64,000 bases of DNA from an uncultured Bacteroidales bacterium (lineage in GTDB: Bacteria > Bacteroidota > Bacteroidia > Bacteroidales > UBA10428): positions 8,115 through 72,114 of the forward strand of contig CAZFQS010000004.1 in assembly GCA_964521285.1 (NCBI GenBank). The letters are read 5' to 3'. Made by a program: the position numbers and the translations under genes. Under the pieces are notes generated by a model, which was given only the letters and a program-made list of their open reading frames with translations, was not told where the DNA came from and did no database searches. Below are positions 1 to 9,470 of the stretch, piece after piece. The first letter of the stretch is position 1; every line of letters begins with the position of its first letter.

Positions 1-1251
1 TACGAAGGATTAAAGGAGAAGTTGAAAAATCCTGAATGGAAACCCGATTTCGGTCCAAGTGAGTTTAATAAAAAATCAGGAGCAATAGCTGTGGGGGCCA
101 GAGATTTCCTTGTTGCCTACAACATAAACCTCAACACAACATCTACCCGCCGCGCAAATGCTATTGCCTTTGATGTGCGCGAGAAGGGGCGGGCGAAAAG
201 AAAAGGGAATCCCCTGACCGGCAAAATTGTAAAAGACGAAAACGGGAATCAGGTTATGATTCCGGGGTCATTGAAAAGTGTTAAAGGAATTGGATGGTAT
301 ATAAAAGAGTTCGGTATCGCACAAATTTCATTGAACCTTACAAATATAAGTGTTACACCAATACATATTGTTTTTGATGAAGTATGTAAAAAAGCAGAAG
401 CCAGGGGGGTAAGGGTTACCGGATCAGAAATAGTGGGACTTGTACCCTTAAAAGCCATGCTTGATGCAGGTAAATATTTCCTGAAAAAGCAAAACCGTTC
501 ATTAGGGGCTTCCGATAAAGAATTGCTCAAAATTGCTGTCAAATCACTAGGACTTAATGATTTATATGAGTTCAAACCTGAAGAAAAAATTATAGAATTT
601 TTGCTGGAAAGCGGGAATAACAATAAACTTATAAGCAGAAGCCTGTCGGACTTTGCCGATGAAACAGCTTCGGAATCTCCTGCACCCGGGGGCGGTTCAG
701 TTTCTGCTTATATGGGAGCACTGGGTGCTGCTCTGGGGACAATGGTAGCCAACCTATCATCACATAAAAGAGGTTGGGACGATCGTTGGGAAGAGTTTTC
801 TGACTGGGCGGAGAAAGGGAAAGAATTTCAGTCAGAACTAATCAACCTGGTTGATGAGGATACCAATGCATTTAATTCATTAATGGCTGCTTTTAAGTTG
901 CCTTCAAAATCCGACAAGGAAACCAAAGAAAAACAAAAGGCCGTTGAACAAGCAACAAAAAATGCCATTCTGGTTCCTTTCAAAGTTATGGAAACATCAT
1001 ACAAGGCTTTTGAGCTGGTTAAGGCAATGGTTGAAACCGGCAACACGAACTCGGTATCAGATGCTGGTGTGGGTGCAATAGCAATACGTGGAGCTATAAT
1101 GGGCGCTTATTTAAACGTAAAAATTAATTTGGCCGGTTTAAAAGATCAAAATTTTATAAAAGAGATTCTGGCAAAATGTGAAACCCTGGTTAAAAAAACT
1201 GTAGAAAAAGAACAGGAGATACTTGCTATTGTCAACAATAAGATTTTATAA
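1..1251 (+). CDS. ftcD: Bifunctional glutamate formimidoyltransferase / formimidoyl-THF cyclodeaminase (FTCD), 5'-truncated by the window edge
   Basis: Frame 1 is open from nt 1 (YEGLKEKLKNPEWKPDFGP...), so the TTG at 22 is not the real start. The protein is collinear with mammalian FTCD from the 'EWxPDFGPS' segment through 'GIGWY' and 'VGLVPLKA' to the cyclodeaminase motif 'APGGGSVSA' (SPAPGGGSVSAYMGALGAALGTMV). Confidence 0.85.
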   Translation, partial: YEGLKEKLKNPEWKPDFGPSEFNKKSGAIAVGARDFLVAYNINLNTTSTRRANAIAFDVREKGRAKRKGNPLTGKIVKDENGNQVMIPGSLKSVKGIGWYIKEFGIAQISLNLTNISVTPIHIVFDEVCKKAEARGVRVTGSEIVGLVPLKAMLDAGKYFLKKQNRSLGASDKELLKIAVKSLGLNDLYEFKPEEKIIEFLLESGNNNKLISRSLSDFADETASESPAPGGGSVSAYMGALGAALGTMVANLSSHKRGWDDRWEEFSDWAEKGKEFQSELINLVDEDTNAFNSLMAAFKLPSKSDKETKEKQKAVEQATKNAILVPFKVMETSYKAFELVKAMVETGNTNSVSDAGVGAIAIRGAIMGAYLNVKINLAGLKDQNFIKEILAKCETLVKKTVEKEQEILAIVNNKIL

Positions 1252-1254
1252 CTT

Positions 1255-1262
1255 TATATTTG
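1255..1262 (+). promoter_or_regulatory. Candidate Bacteroidota sigma-A -7 box (TATATTTG)
   Basis: Perfect match to the TAnnTTTG consensus, 29 nt upstream of the ATG at 1291. No convincing -33 TTTG was seen, and read-through from ftcD is equally possible. Confidence 0.3.
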
Positions 1263-1290
1263 CGTTAAAATCACTTAAACCTGCTTAAAT

Positions 1291-2499
1291 ATGACCGGGA
1301 TTGCTGGCAATAAAGATGATTCAGCTCGTTCAGACTGTTTTGTAAGGGTTTCATTAACAAAGAAATCCGGGATTAAAATTGACCTTCAGACTAAGGTTGA
1401 CACCTTATATGGTGATTCTATAAGGAAATTATGCCTCGATATTCTGAACTTCTTTGAAGTAAAAAATGCAAAAGTTGAAATTGAAGATAAAGGGGCTCTC
1501 GATTTTATTATTGCAGCAAGACTTGAATCTGCTATCAAGGAAGTTATAACTTCAGAAAAGGAATACCTGTTACCACTGATAAAAGAAAATAACTATTTCA
1601 CTGATAAAAAAATTGCCAGGCGATCAAGACTGTACCTTCCCGGTAATTCACCAAAACTAATGATTAATGCCGGAATTTATTCTGCCGATGGTGTTATCCT
1701 CGATTTAGAGGATTCAGTGGCGCCTGATAAGAAAAATGAAGCCAGGTACCTGGTTAGAAATGCGCTCAGATCTGTTGATTTTTATGGTGCCGAAAGAATG
1801 GTGAGGATAAACCAGATTCCAGACGGACTTAATGATTTAAAGTATATTGTACCCCACAACGTAAATCTTATTTTAATACCCAAGTGTGAAACTCCCGCTC
1901 AAATCAAGCAAGTGGACAAAAAGATCAACGAAATAGCTAAAACATCTGATCATAGAATTCATCTTATGCCTATAATTGAAAGCGCATTGGGAGTAATAAA
2001 TGCATACAGCATAGCTTCGGCGTCGAAGCATATTGTTGCTATGGCAATCGGACTTGAAGATTATACTGCGGATATTGGTGCTCAAAGAACTGAAGAAGGA
2101 CAGGAATCGTTTTACGCACGAAGTGTGATAGTTAACGCATCTGCGGCTGCCGGCATTCAGGCTATTGATTCAGTTTATTCTGATGTTTCGAATATGGAAG
2201 GGTTAAAGGAAAATGTTGCACATTCAAAAGCCTTGGGCTTTGTTGGTATGGGGTGTATTCACCCGCGACAGGTTGGAATTATCAATGCAGGGTATAATCC
2301 CGGAGCGGCTGAAATTGAAAAAGCAAAAACTATTGTGCTGGCTTTTGAAGAAGCACAGCGGAAAGGACTGGGAGTTGTAGCTGTCAAATCAAAAATGATT
2401 GATCTTCCCGTAGTGAAAAGGGCTATAGATACTATAAATACTGCTATTACCGCTGGATTATTGAAAGAAAACTGGAAGGAGACGACAGAAAATGAGTAA
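1291..2499 (+). CDS. citD-citE: Citrate-lyase acyl carrier protein (gamma) fused to citryl-ACP lyase (beta): CitD-CitE fusion
   Basis: The N-terminal ~95 aa align with E. coli CitD ('AG..(S)D..VRV', 'YGDSIRKLCLDIL', 'EDKGALDFIIAARLESA'). The remainder aligns with CitE / the HpcH-HpaI fold ('RRSRLYLPGN', 'DLEDSVAPDKK', 'MVRIN', 'IESALGV', 'GLEDYTADIG', 'AIDSVYSD', 'GMGCIHPRQV', 'GLGVVAVKSKMIDLPVV'). Confidence 0.8.
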   Translation: MTGIAGNKDDSARSDCFVRVSLTKKSGIKIDLQTKVDTLYGDSIRKLCLDILNFFEVKNAKVEIEDKGALDFIIAARLESAIKEVITSEKEYLLPLIKENNYFTDKKIARRSRLYLPGNSPKLMINAGIYSADGVILDLEDSVAPDKKNEARYLVRNALRSVDFYGAERMVRINQIPDGLNDLKYIVPHNVNLILIPKCETPAQIKQVDKKINEIAKTSDHRIHLMPIIESALGVINAYSIASASKHIVAMAIGLEDYTADIGAQRTEEGQESFYARSVIVNASAAAGIQAIDSVYSDVSNMEGLKENVAHSKALGFVGMGCIHPRQVGIINAGYNPGAAEIEKAKTIVLAFEEAQRKGLGVVAVKSKMIDLPVVKRAIDTINTAITAGLLKENWKETTENE

Positions 2500-4042
2500 A
2501 ATGATAAAAAATGTATCAGGAAGAATGATTCCTGAATATATTAATGGGAAAAAAATTATTCCTTTTCAGGGTGTCGGTAAATTCATGCCTTCCGGAAGAA
2601 AAGCTATGCCCCGGATACCAACCTGTGCCGATTTTCCGCCTGATGGAAATAAGTTAGTGAAAAATCTTAAAGATGCTCTTTTAAGGGCTGGTGTCAGTGA
2701 CGGAAAGACTATTTCAACTCATCATCATTTTAGAAATGGGGATCTTATTGCAGTTAAGATTTTTAAAATTATCAGGGAGCTGGGATATAAAGATATGGTA
2801 TGGTTCCCTTCGGCATCATTTCCCTGCCACGAACCACTTATCGAATTTTTGGAAGATGGCACAATACATCATATAGAAGGCAGTATGAACGGCCCGCTGG
2901 GAAAATTTTGCTCTGAAGGTAAAATGAAAGGAGTTGCTGTTCTGCGCTCTCATGGTGGCCGTTACCAGGCAGTACAGGATGGCGATATTGAAATCGACAT
3001 CGCTGTTATTGCTGCTCCTGCTGCTGATCCTTTTGGTAATGCAAACGGTCTTACAGGTCCTTCAGCATGTGGCTTACTTGGATTTGCCCTTGCTGATTCC
3101 CAATATGCAGAGAAAGTAATTGTTGTTACAGATAATCTTGTTCCTTTTCCATGCATACCATGGCAGATCCAGGGCAACTACGTGGATTTTGTCGTCGAAG
3201 AAGAGAAAATAGGTATTCCTGAGAAAATTGTTTCAGGTACAACTCAAATGACCAGGAGTCCGGATAGACTGCTAATAGCTGAACTCACCTCAAAGTTTTG
3301 TGAAGAGGCCGGTCTTATTAAAGATGGTTTCTCCTTTCAAACAGGAGCCGGGGGTACTTCACTGGTGATCAGTACTTTCTTTCGTGATATTATGCGTGAA
3401 AAAGGTATCAAAGCACGCTTTGCCAGGGCCGGCAGTAACAAATACCTTGTTGAAATGCTGGAAGAGGGACTGGTTGAATACATACTTGATGGTCAGACAT
3501 TTGATCTTGAAGGTGTAAGATCAATGCGTGAAAATCCTAATCATGTCAATACAAGCCCTTTTACCAGTTATAATTATCACTCGAAAGGAAATTTTGCCAG
3601 CATGGTAGATATTGTTATTCTCGGAGCGACTGAAGTGGATGTGAACTTCAATGGTAATGTGGTCACTCACTCAGATGGCTATCTTTTACATGGAATTGGA
3701 GGGTGGCAAAATTGCCTGTTCGGAAAAACAGTTATTCTTCCTGTACCACTTTTTCGTGACCGTATACCTGTAATTGTTGACGAAGTTACTACCTTATGCG
3801 GGCCAGGTGAAATGATTGATGTAATAGTTACTGAGAGAGGTATTGCCATTAATCCGCTCAGAAAAGATCTTTTTGAAAAAGTTAAAAATTCCAATCTGCC
3901 GATAAAAACAATCCAGGAATTAAAAGATGAAGCTGAGAAAATTTGCGGTAAACCTGGCAAGCCGGAGTTTACAGACAAGGTGGTGGCTGCTATTAAGTGG
4001 GTTGATGGTACTGTCATTGATGTCGTGCGACAAGTTAAATAG
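2492..4042 (+). CDS. citF: Citrate lyase alpha subunit (citrate CoA/ACP-transferase)
   Basis: A 516-aa product of CitF length and pattern ('SFHHHFRNGD'-like 'STHHHFRNGDLI', 'FQTGAGGTSL', 'EVDVNFNGNVVT'). Its ATG overlaps the citD-citE stop by 8 nt (ATGAGTAA), which implies translational coupling. Confidence 0.85.
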   Translation: MSKMIKNVSGRMIPEYINGKKIIPFQGVGKFMPSGRKAMPRIPTCADFPPDGNKLVKNLKDALLRAGVSDGKTISTHHHFRNGDLIAVKIFKIIRELGYKDMVWFPSASFPCHEPLIEFLEDGTIHHIEGSMNGPLGKFCSEGKMKGVAVLRSHGGRYQAVQDGDIEIDIAVIAAPAADPFGNANGLTGPSACGLLGFALADSQYAEKVIVVTDNLVPFPCIPWQIQGNYVDFVVEEEKIGIPEKIVSGTTQMTRSPDRLLIAELTSKFCEEAGLIKDGFSFQTGAGGTSLVISTFFRDIMREKGIKARFARAGSNKYLVEMLEEGLVEYILDGQTFDLEGVRSMRENPNHVNTSPFTSYNYHSKGNFASMVDIVILGATEVDVNFNGNVVTHSDGYLLHGIGGWQNCLFGKTVILPVPLFRDRIPVIVDEVTTLCGPGEMIDVIVTERGIAINPLRKDLFEKVKNSNLPIKTIQELKDEAEKICGKPGKPEFTDKVVAAIKWVDGTVIDVVRQVK

Positions 4043-4080
4043 TTTATTAACAATAGAATAAAATAACAAACCGGAAGATT

Positions 4081-5271
4081 ATGCCGAAAAGGACTATTGT
4101 ATTGATGCCAGGTGATGGAATAGGGCGAATTGTACTCAGGGAAGCTGTCAGGGTTATAGATGCTGCCGGCTTTAAAGCTGATTATATTGTAGGCGATATT
4201 GGATGGGAGTTTTGGAAAAAAGAAGGTAATCCGCTTCCGGACAAAACCGTTAAGTTACTGGAAGAGCATAAAATTGGTTTGTTTGGTGCAATAACTTCAA
4301 AACCAAATGATGAGGCAAAGAATGAATTATCTCCCGGGCTTAAGGATAAAGGATTTGTATATTCCAGTCCGATTGTAGGATTACGCCAGCATTTCAATCT
4401 TGATATATGCATAAGGCCATGCAGGACATATAAAGGAAACCCGTTAAACTTTATTCGCCGCGGGAAAGATGGTTCTATTGAAGAGCCGGAAATTGATGTT
4501 GTTATTTTCAGGCAGAATACTGAAGGGTTATATAGTGGTGTTGAATGGAGTAACCCGGGAAATAAAGTATATGAAGCATTAATGTCCCACCCGAAATTTG
4601 TAAGGAATTTTAGTAATGTGCCCAAAGAAGATATTTCTGTTTCAACAAGGATATTTACAAAAAATGCTACGGAGAGAATCCTCCGTGCAGCATTTTCCTT
4701 CGCAGATAAATATGGTTATAAATCAGTTACAGTATGTGAAAAACCCAATGTTATCCGTGAAACATCAGGAATGATGTTCAGCATGGCCAAAGAGATCCGG
4801 AAGGGATTTTCCCATATCGAGCTTTGGAATACAAATATTGATGCCCAGATGATGTGGCTGACAAAAAATCCTGAGGATTATGGTGTTATTGTTGCAGGCA
4901 ATATGTTTGGGGATATCGTATCTGATGGATTTGCAGGACTTATTGGCGGACTGGGATTTGCTTGTAGTGCTAATATTGGGGATGAGGTGGCCGTGTTCGA
5001 ACCGACTCACGGATCTGCACCCAAATATGCTGCTTATGATATCTCTATTGTGAATCCGATTGCAATGGTATCATCTGCCTGTTTGATGCTTGACCATATT
5101 GATGAAAATGAAATCTCGGCAAATATCAGGAAAGCTATTGCTGAAGTTATTGCGGAAGGAAAGGTGAGAACCTATGATATGATGAAGATGACGGGCAACC
5201 CGGATGTGATATCAAGGGGTGCCGCATCAACTCAACAAATGACAGATGAAATTATTCGAAAATTAAAATAA
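4081..5271 (+). CDS. Isocitrate / homoisocitrate / isopropylmalate dehydrogenase-family enzyme (substrate not assignable by eye)
   Basis: Family motifs are present: 'PGDGIGRIV', 'GLRQHFNLDICIRPCR', 'NMFGDIVSDGFAGLIGGLGFACSANIG' and 'EPTHGSAPKYA'. At 396 aa it is longer than a typical LeuB. Confidence 0.8.
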   Translation: MPKRTIVLMPGDGIGRIVLREAVRVIDAAGFKADYIVGDIGWEFWKKEGNPLPDKTVKLLEEHKIGLFGAITSKPNDEAKNELSPGLKDKGFVYSSPIVGLRQHFNLDICIRPCRTYKGNPLNFIRRGKDGSIEEPEIDVVIFRQNTEGLYSGVEWSNPGNKVYEALMSHPKFVRNFSNVPKEDISVSTRIFTKNATERILRAAFSFADKYGYKSVTVCEKPNVIRETSGMMFSMAKEIRKGFSHIELWNTNIDAQMMWLTKNPEDYGVIVAGNMFGDIVSDGFAGLIGGLGFACSANIGDEVAVFEPTHGSAPKYAAYDISIVNPIAMVSSACLMLDHIDENEISANIRKAIAEVIAEGKVRTYDMMKMTGNPDVISRGAASTQQMTDEIIRKLK

Positions 5272-5278
5272 TAGTAAC

Positions 5279-5824
5279 ATGGAAGATGTAAAATCACTTT
5301 GGCCTGAGCTGGATTGGATAAAAGATGATGAGTTAAGAGAAAAGACAGCTAAAGCATGGCAACTTGCGCTTGAAAGAAGTATGCTGTCTGCTGATGATTT
5401 GCAAAAAATTCCTTTCACCCTGCAGTACGGACCTGACCTGAAAGTAAGCTTTATGGACCATAAGCGGGCTGTAGTTCATATTTCAGCGGAGAGCGGGAAA
5501 AAGATAAATGAGTTTTTTAAAGATGAATTGCCTGTAAATATGGATATCCTTATTTCAGGTGCTATTCTTTGTGATGTCGGCAAATTACTTGAGTATGTTT
5601 TTGATGATGAAGGAAATGTTGTTCAGGGACAATACGGAAAATACCTTCGTCATCCCTTCTCTGGGGTTTCCATAGCTGAAGAGTGCGGGGTTCCTGCTGA
5701 GGTATGCCATATTATTGCTGCTCATGCCGGTGAAGGAGATATGGTTAAGAGAACTACCGAAGCCTATATAGTGCATTATGCTGATTTTATGACATTTTTA
5801 CCTTTTAAAAACAGGCTAGAATAA
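5279..5824 (+). CDS. HD-domain-like protein with the HD dyad replaced by CD
   Basis: The HD-superfamily pattern H...(H)D...H...HH...D is recognisable ('HKRAVVHIS', 'AILCDVGKL', 'LRHPFSG', 'IIAAHAGEGD', 'HYADF'). The canonical 'LLHDIGK' reads 'ILCDVGK'. The gene sits 7 nt from both neighbours. Confidence 0.55.
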   Translation: MEDVKSLWPELDWIKDDELREKTAKAWQLALERSMLSADDLQKIPFTLQYGPDLKVSFMDHKRAVVHISAESGKKINEFFKDELPVNMDILISGAILCDVGKLLEYVFDDEGNVVQGQYGKYLRHPFSGVSIAEECGVPAEVCHIIAAHAGEGDMVKRTTEAYIVHYADFMTFLPFKNRLE

Positions 5825-5831
5825 TCAGAGG

Positions 5832-7643
5832 ATGGGAAAAACCATTATTGAAAAGATACTTGCTGCTCATTCCGGAAAGGAAACAGCAACTCCGGGAGAG
5901 ATCATCGAAGTTGAAATTGATGTCCGCCTGGCAAGAGATTTCGGGGGCGCAAATGTAGTTAAGAATTTGAAAGACAATAATCTTGTAATAGAAGACAAGT
6001 CAAAGACATACTTTACGTTTGACTGTAATCCTACAGGCTCTGATCAGAATTATGCCGCCAACCAGCAAGTTTGCAGGACTTTTGCACGTGAACTGGATAT
6101 TACTGTTTTTGATATTAACAGTGGTATTGGTACTCATCTGGCAATTGATAAAGGTTTGGCAATTCCCGGTTCAACTATTGTTTCAACTGACTCTCATGCG
6201 AATATTATGGGCGCGATTGGTGCATTCGGACAGGGAATGGGCGATCGTGATATTGCAGCAGCCTGGTCAAAAGGATCTGTATGGTTCAAAGTTCCTGAAT
6301 CAGTGAAAATTACAGTTTATGGGAAGAGGCCGGAAGGAGTGCTTGCTAAGGATATTATTCTCAACTTGCTCAGAGAATTTGGAGCAACCGGACTGCTTGG
6401 TTATTCTGTAGAAGTGGAAGGTGATGAGATTGAAAAGCTCACCCTGGATGAGCGTATAACAATATCATCAATGGCCACTGAAATGGGTGCAATAGCTATA
6501 TTTTTTACTCCTTCTGAAGAAGTTATGAAGTATTGCTCAAAGCGGTCAGGAACAAAGTTTGCTAAACTTACTCCTGATGAAGATGCATCATATAAGTATA
6601 ACTATACTGTAAGACTGGAAGATTTTTTTCAGGCTGTATCTTTACCGGGAAAGCCTCATAATGTCGTTCCTGTTAAGGAAGTGAAAGGAACAAAAATAGA
6701 CTCTGTTTTTATAGGGAGCTGTACCAACGGGCGTATTGAAGATATGAGAATAGCCTCCCAAATCCTTAAGGGGAAAAAGGTTGCCCCGGGTGTTGTTCTT
6801 AAGATTGTCCCGTCCACTGATGAGGTATGGAATCAATGTCTTGATGAAGGCATAATTAAGATATTCAAAGATGCAGGTGCTCTTTTTGGAAATGCAGGAT
6901 GCGCAGGATGTGCATCAGGCCAGATCGGACAGAACGGGCCCGGAGAGAAAACAGTAAGCACAGGGAACAGAAACTTTACCGGTAAGCAGGGAAAGGGAGA
7001 TGTTTATCTTGCCTCTCCGTCAGTTGCGGCTGCTTCAGCCATTGCAGGACATATAACAACTCACGATGAGCTGCCTCCTTCCCCATCGTTATTCGCCTCT
7101 TCGGGAGTTGCTATAAAGTCAAAAACTGATACTGCTATCAAAATTCATGATATGAATACGGTTTTAAAAGGGAAAGTATGGATAATTGAAAAAGATAATA
7201 TTGACACGGACATGATCTTTCATAATCAACATCTCTCTGTAACTGAAGTTGAAGAAATGGGCCAGTATACATTTGGAAATCTGCCTGGCTGGAAAGATTA
7301 TGCTACAAAATCTGAAACCGGTGATATTATTATCACAGGCGAAAATTTTGGAGCCGGCAGTTCCCGGCAACAGGCAGTTGATTGCTTTAAAGCATTAAAA
7401 AATAACGCAATTCTTGCCCGCTCATTTGGAGCAATTTACGAGAGAAATGCCATTAATGCAGGATTCCCTGTTTTAACCTACAACGATCTTGAAGTGCTTG
7501 AACTTGAACAAAGAGATATTGTGAGGATTGATTTGGAAAATGGTTTAATAACAAATCTAAAAAACGGAAAATCAGCTGAAATTGCAAAGTTTTCAAAAAT
7601 ACAATTAGAAATTTATAAAAAAGGGGATATTTTAAAATTATAA
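5832..7643 (+). CDS. Aconitase-superfamily dehydratase, fused LeuC/HacA-like large and LeuD/HacB-like small domains (paralogue 1)
   Basis: Large domain motifs: 'STDSHANIMG', 'GSCTNGRIEDM', 'GCAGCASGQ', 'STGNRNFTGKQG'. Swivel domain motifs: 'DNIDTDMI', 'GENFGAGSSRQQA'. Length is 603 aa. Confidence 0.8.
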   Translation: MGKTIIEKILAAHSGKETATPGEIIEVEIDVRLARDFGGANVVKNLKDNNLVIEDKSKTYFTFDCNPTGSDQNYAANQQVCRTFARELDITVFDINSGIGTHLAIDKGLAIPGSTIVSTDSHANIMGAIGAFGQGMGDRDIAAAWSKGSVWFKVPESVKITVYGKRPEGVLAKDIILNLLREFGATGLLGYSVEVEGDEIEKLTLDERITISSMATEMGAIAIFFTPSEEVMKYCSKRSGTKFAKLTPDEDASYKYNYTVRLEDFFQAVSLPGKPHNVVPVKEVKGTKIDSVFIGSCTNGRIEDMRIASQILKGKKVAPGVVLKIVPSTDEVWNQCLDEGIIKIFKDAGALFGNAGCAGCASGQIGQNGPGEKTVSTGNRNFTGKQGKGDVYLASPSVAAASAIAGHITTHDELPPSPSLFASSGVAIKSKTDTAIKIHDMNTVLKGKVWIIEKDNIDTDMIFHNQHLSVTEVEEMGQYTFGNLPGWKDYATKSETGDIIITGENFGAGSSRQQAVDCFKALKNNAILARSFGAIYERNAINAGFPVLTYNDLEVLELEQRDIVRIDLENGLITNLKNGKSAEIAKFSKIQLEIYKKGDILKL

Positions 7644-7667
7644 ATTCAACAAGTAAATCAAAAGAAG

Positions 7668-9449
7668 ATGGCAGGCAAAACCTTTGTTGAAAAGATTTTT
7701 AAGGCTAATGCCGGGTCAATAGTATTTGCCCGCCCTGATATTATTCTGTCACATGATAACACTGCCAGTATAAAGAAGATTTTCAATAAAATGGGATGTG
7801 AAAGGGTGTCAGATCCCCAACAGTTGATCATTGTACTCGATCACAACGCTCCTCCGACAAACAGTAAGCTGGCAAATGATTACCAGCAGATACGAAATTT
7901 TGTGGCAGATCAAAATATTTCCCGGTTTCATGATGCAGGTGAAGGTATCTGTCATCAGCTAATGTCAAAATATGCCCGGCCGGGAATGATAATTGCGGGT
8001 AGTGACAGCCATACATGTACAGCAGGGGCATTCAATGCCTTTGCTGCCGGAATTGACCGGACTGAGACAGCCGGATTATGGAAAAATGGGGAAACCTGGT
8101 TCAGGGTACCGGAGTCTATTAAATTATATTTTCATGGAAAGCTCAGAAATGGAGTATATGCTAAAGATTTAGCCTTATATATTGTGGGTATGATAGGCTC
8201 GAATGGAGCTAATTATATGTCAGTTGAGTATCACGGCGAGGGTGTTAAAACACTGACTGTTGAAGATCGTATGACAATTGCAAATCTTGCATCTGAAATG
8301 GGAGCAAAAAATGCAGTTTTCCCGCCAGACACTGTTTTAAATGAATATTTTGGCCAGGAATACGAGGGTATATGGGCTGATGAAGATGCCATCTACAAAA
8401 AGGTAATTGAAATTAATATTAACGACCTCTTTCCTGTTGTAGCATGTCCTCATCATGTTGATAATATAAAAAGTGTTGATGAGGTGAGCGGACAAAAAAT
8501 TGATATGGCACTAATAGGGACTTGCACAAATGGCAGAATTGAGGATTTGAGAGTTGCAGCAGAAATCCTTAAAGGGAAGAAAGTGAAACCCGGACTTCAG
8601 CTTCTGGTGTCCCCTGCCTCAAAAGAGATATACCTTCAGGCTATAAAAGAAGGACTGATAGAAATATTCATAACTGCAGGAGCAAATATTCTCTCACCCT
8701 CCTGTGGTCCGTGCCTGGGAACCGGACAGGGAATTCCTGCCGATGGATTTAATGTTATATCTACAGCAAACAGGAATTTTTTAGGACGGATGGGAAACAT
8801 AAAATCATTCATCTATCTTGCTTCTCCGGCTACGGTTGCAAAATCTGCCATTAATGGTGAAATTGCTTCCCCACTTGAAAGTCCTGAAAACAAAAAATAC
8901 CCTTACCATGTAAGGCAGGCTAAAACTATTAAAATAGCCCCTGAAGATAATAGAAGACATGAAAATGTCTGGGCATATAATGATGTTGATAACCTCAATA
9001 CAGACCAAATGTTTGCAGGAAACCTGACATATGAAATAGACAGCTCAGAGCCTGAGAAAATCAGGCCACACCTGTTCAGTGGATTTGATGGTAATTTCGC
9101 TGAAAATGTCCGGAAAGGAGATATAATTGTCTGCGGAGATAATTTTGGCTGTGGAAGTTCACGTGAACATCCATCAGTCGGACTTGTAAATGCCGGTGTT
9201 AAAGCAATAGTGGTCAAATCTGTATCACGAATTTTCTTTCGTTCAGCAATAAATCAGGGTTTACCTGTTATTATTCTACCCGAAGCTGTTGAAGCATATA
9301 AACCGGGAGATTATGTGCAGGTTGATCTGAGAAATAGTAAAGTAATAATAGAAAATAAAGAATTTGCAGTTAATCCTTTACCTGAAAGATTAATAGAGAT
9401 AATAGATAAAGGAGGACTGGCGAAATGGATCAAAAGTAAAACTAATTAG
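7668..9449 (+). CDS. Aconitase-superfamily dehydratase, fused LeuC/HacA-like large and LeuD/HacB-like small domains (paralogue 2)
   Basis: Large domain motifs: 'GSDSHTCTAGAF', 'GTCTNGRIEDL', 'SCGPCLGTGQG', 'STANRNFLGRMG'. Swivel domain motifs: 'DNLNTDQM', 'GDNFGCGSSREHP'. Length is 593 aa. Confidence 0.8.
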   Translation: MAGKTFVEKIFKANAGSIVFARPDIILSHDNTASIKKIFNKMGCERVSDPQQLIIVLDHNAPPTNSKLANDYQQIRNFVADQNISRFHDAGEGICHQLMSKYARPGMIIAGSDSHTCTAGAFNAFAAGIDRTETAGLWKNGETWFRVPESIKLYFHGKLRNGVYAKDLALYIVGMIGSNGANYMSVEYHGEGVKTLTVEDRMTIANLASEMGAKNAVFPPDTVLNEYFGQEYEGIWADEDAIYKKVIEININDLFPVVACPHHVDNIKSVDEVSGQKIDMALIGTCTNGRIEDLRVAAEILKGKKVKPGLQLLVSPASKEIYLQAIKEGLIEIFITAGANILSPSCGPCLGTGQGIPADGFNVISTANRNFLGRMGNIKSFIYLASPATVAKSAINGEIASPLESPENKKYPYHVRQAKTIKIAPEDNRRHENVWAYNDVDNLNTDQMFAGNLTYEIDSSEPEKIRPHLFSGFDGNFAENVRKGDIIVCGDNFGCGSSREHPSVGLVNAGVKAIVVKSVSRIFFRSAINQGLPVIILPEAVEAYKPGDYVQVDLRNSKVIIENKEFAVNPLPERLIEIIDKGGLAKWIKSKTN

Positions 9450-9470
9450 TTAAACATAAAATATTTTAAA

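Noticed and set aside
1291-4042. The citD-citE/citF genes as an ordinary citrate-fermentation locus unrelated to the downstream genes.
   Set aside because: This is not fully excluded, but I judge it less likely as the sole explanation. The window has no citrate carrier, oxaloacetate decarboxylase, citC/G/X or CitAB-type regulator. The genes are packed at 38 nt or less against the dehydrogenase/dehydratase/lysine genes on one strand.
4081-9449. The dehydrogenase plus the two dehydratases as leucine biosynthesis genes (leuB, leuCD).
   Set aside because: There is no leuA/cimA partner. Both dehydratases are large+small fusions, and there are two of them. The dehydrogenase is longer than a typical LeuB, and all three are embedded between citrate-lyase and lysine-catabolic genes. 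Phylogeny is needed for a definitive exclusion.
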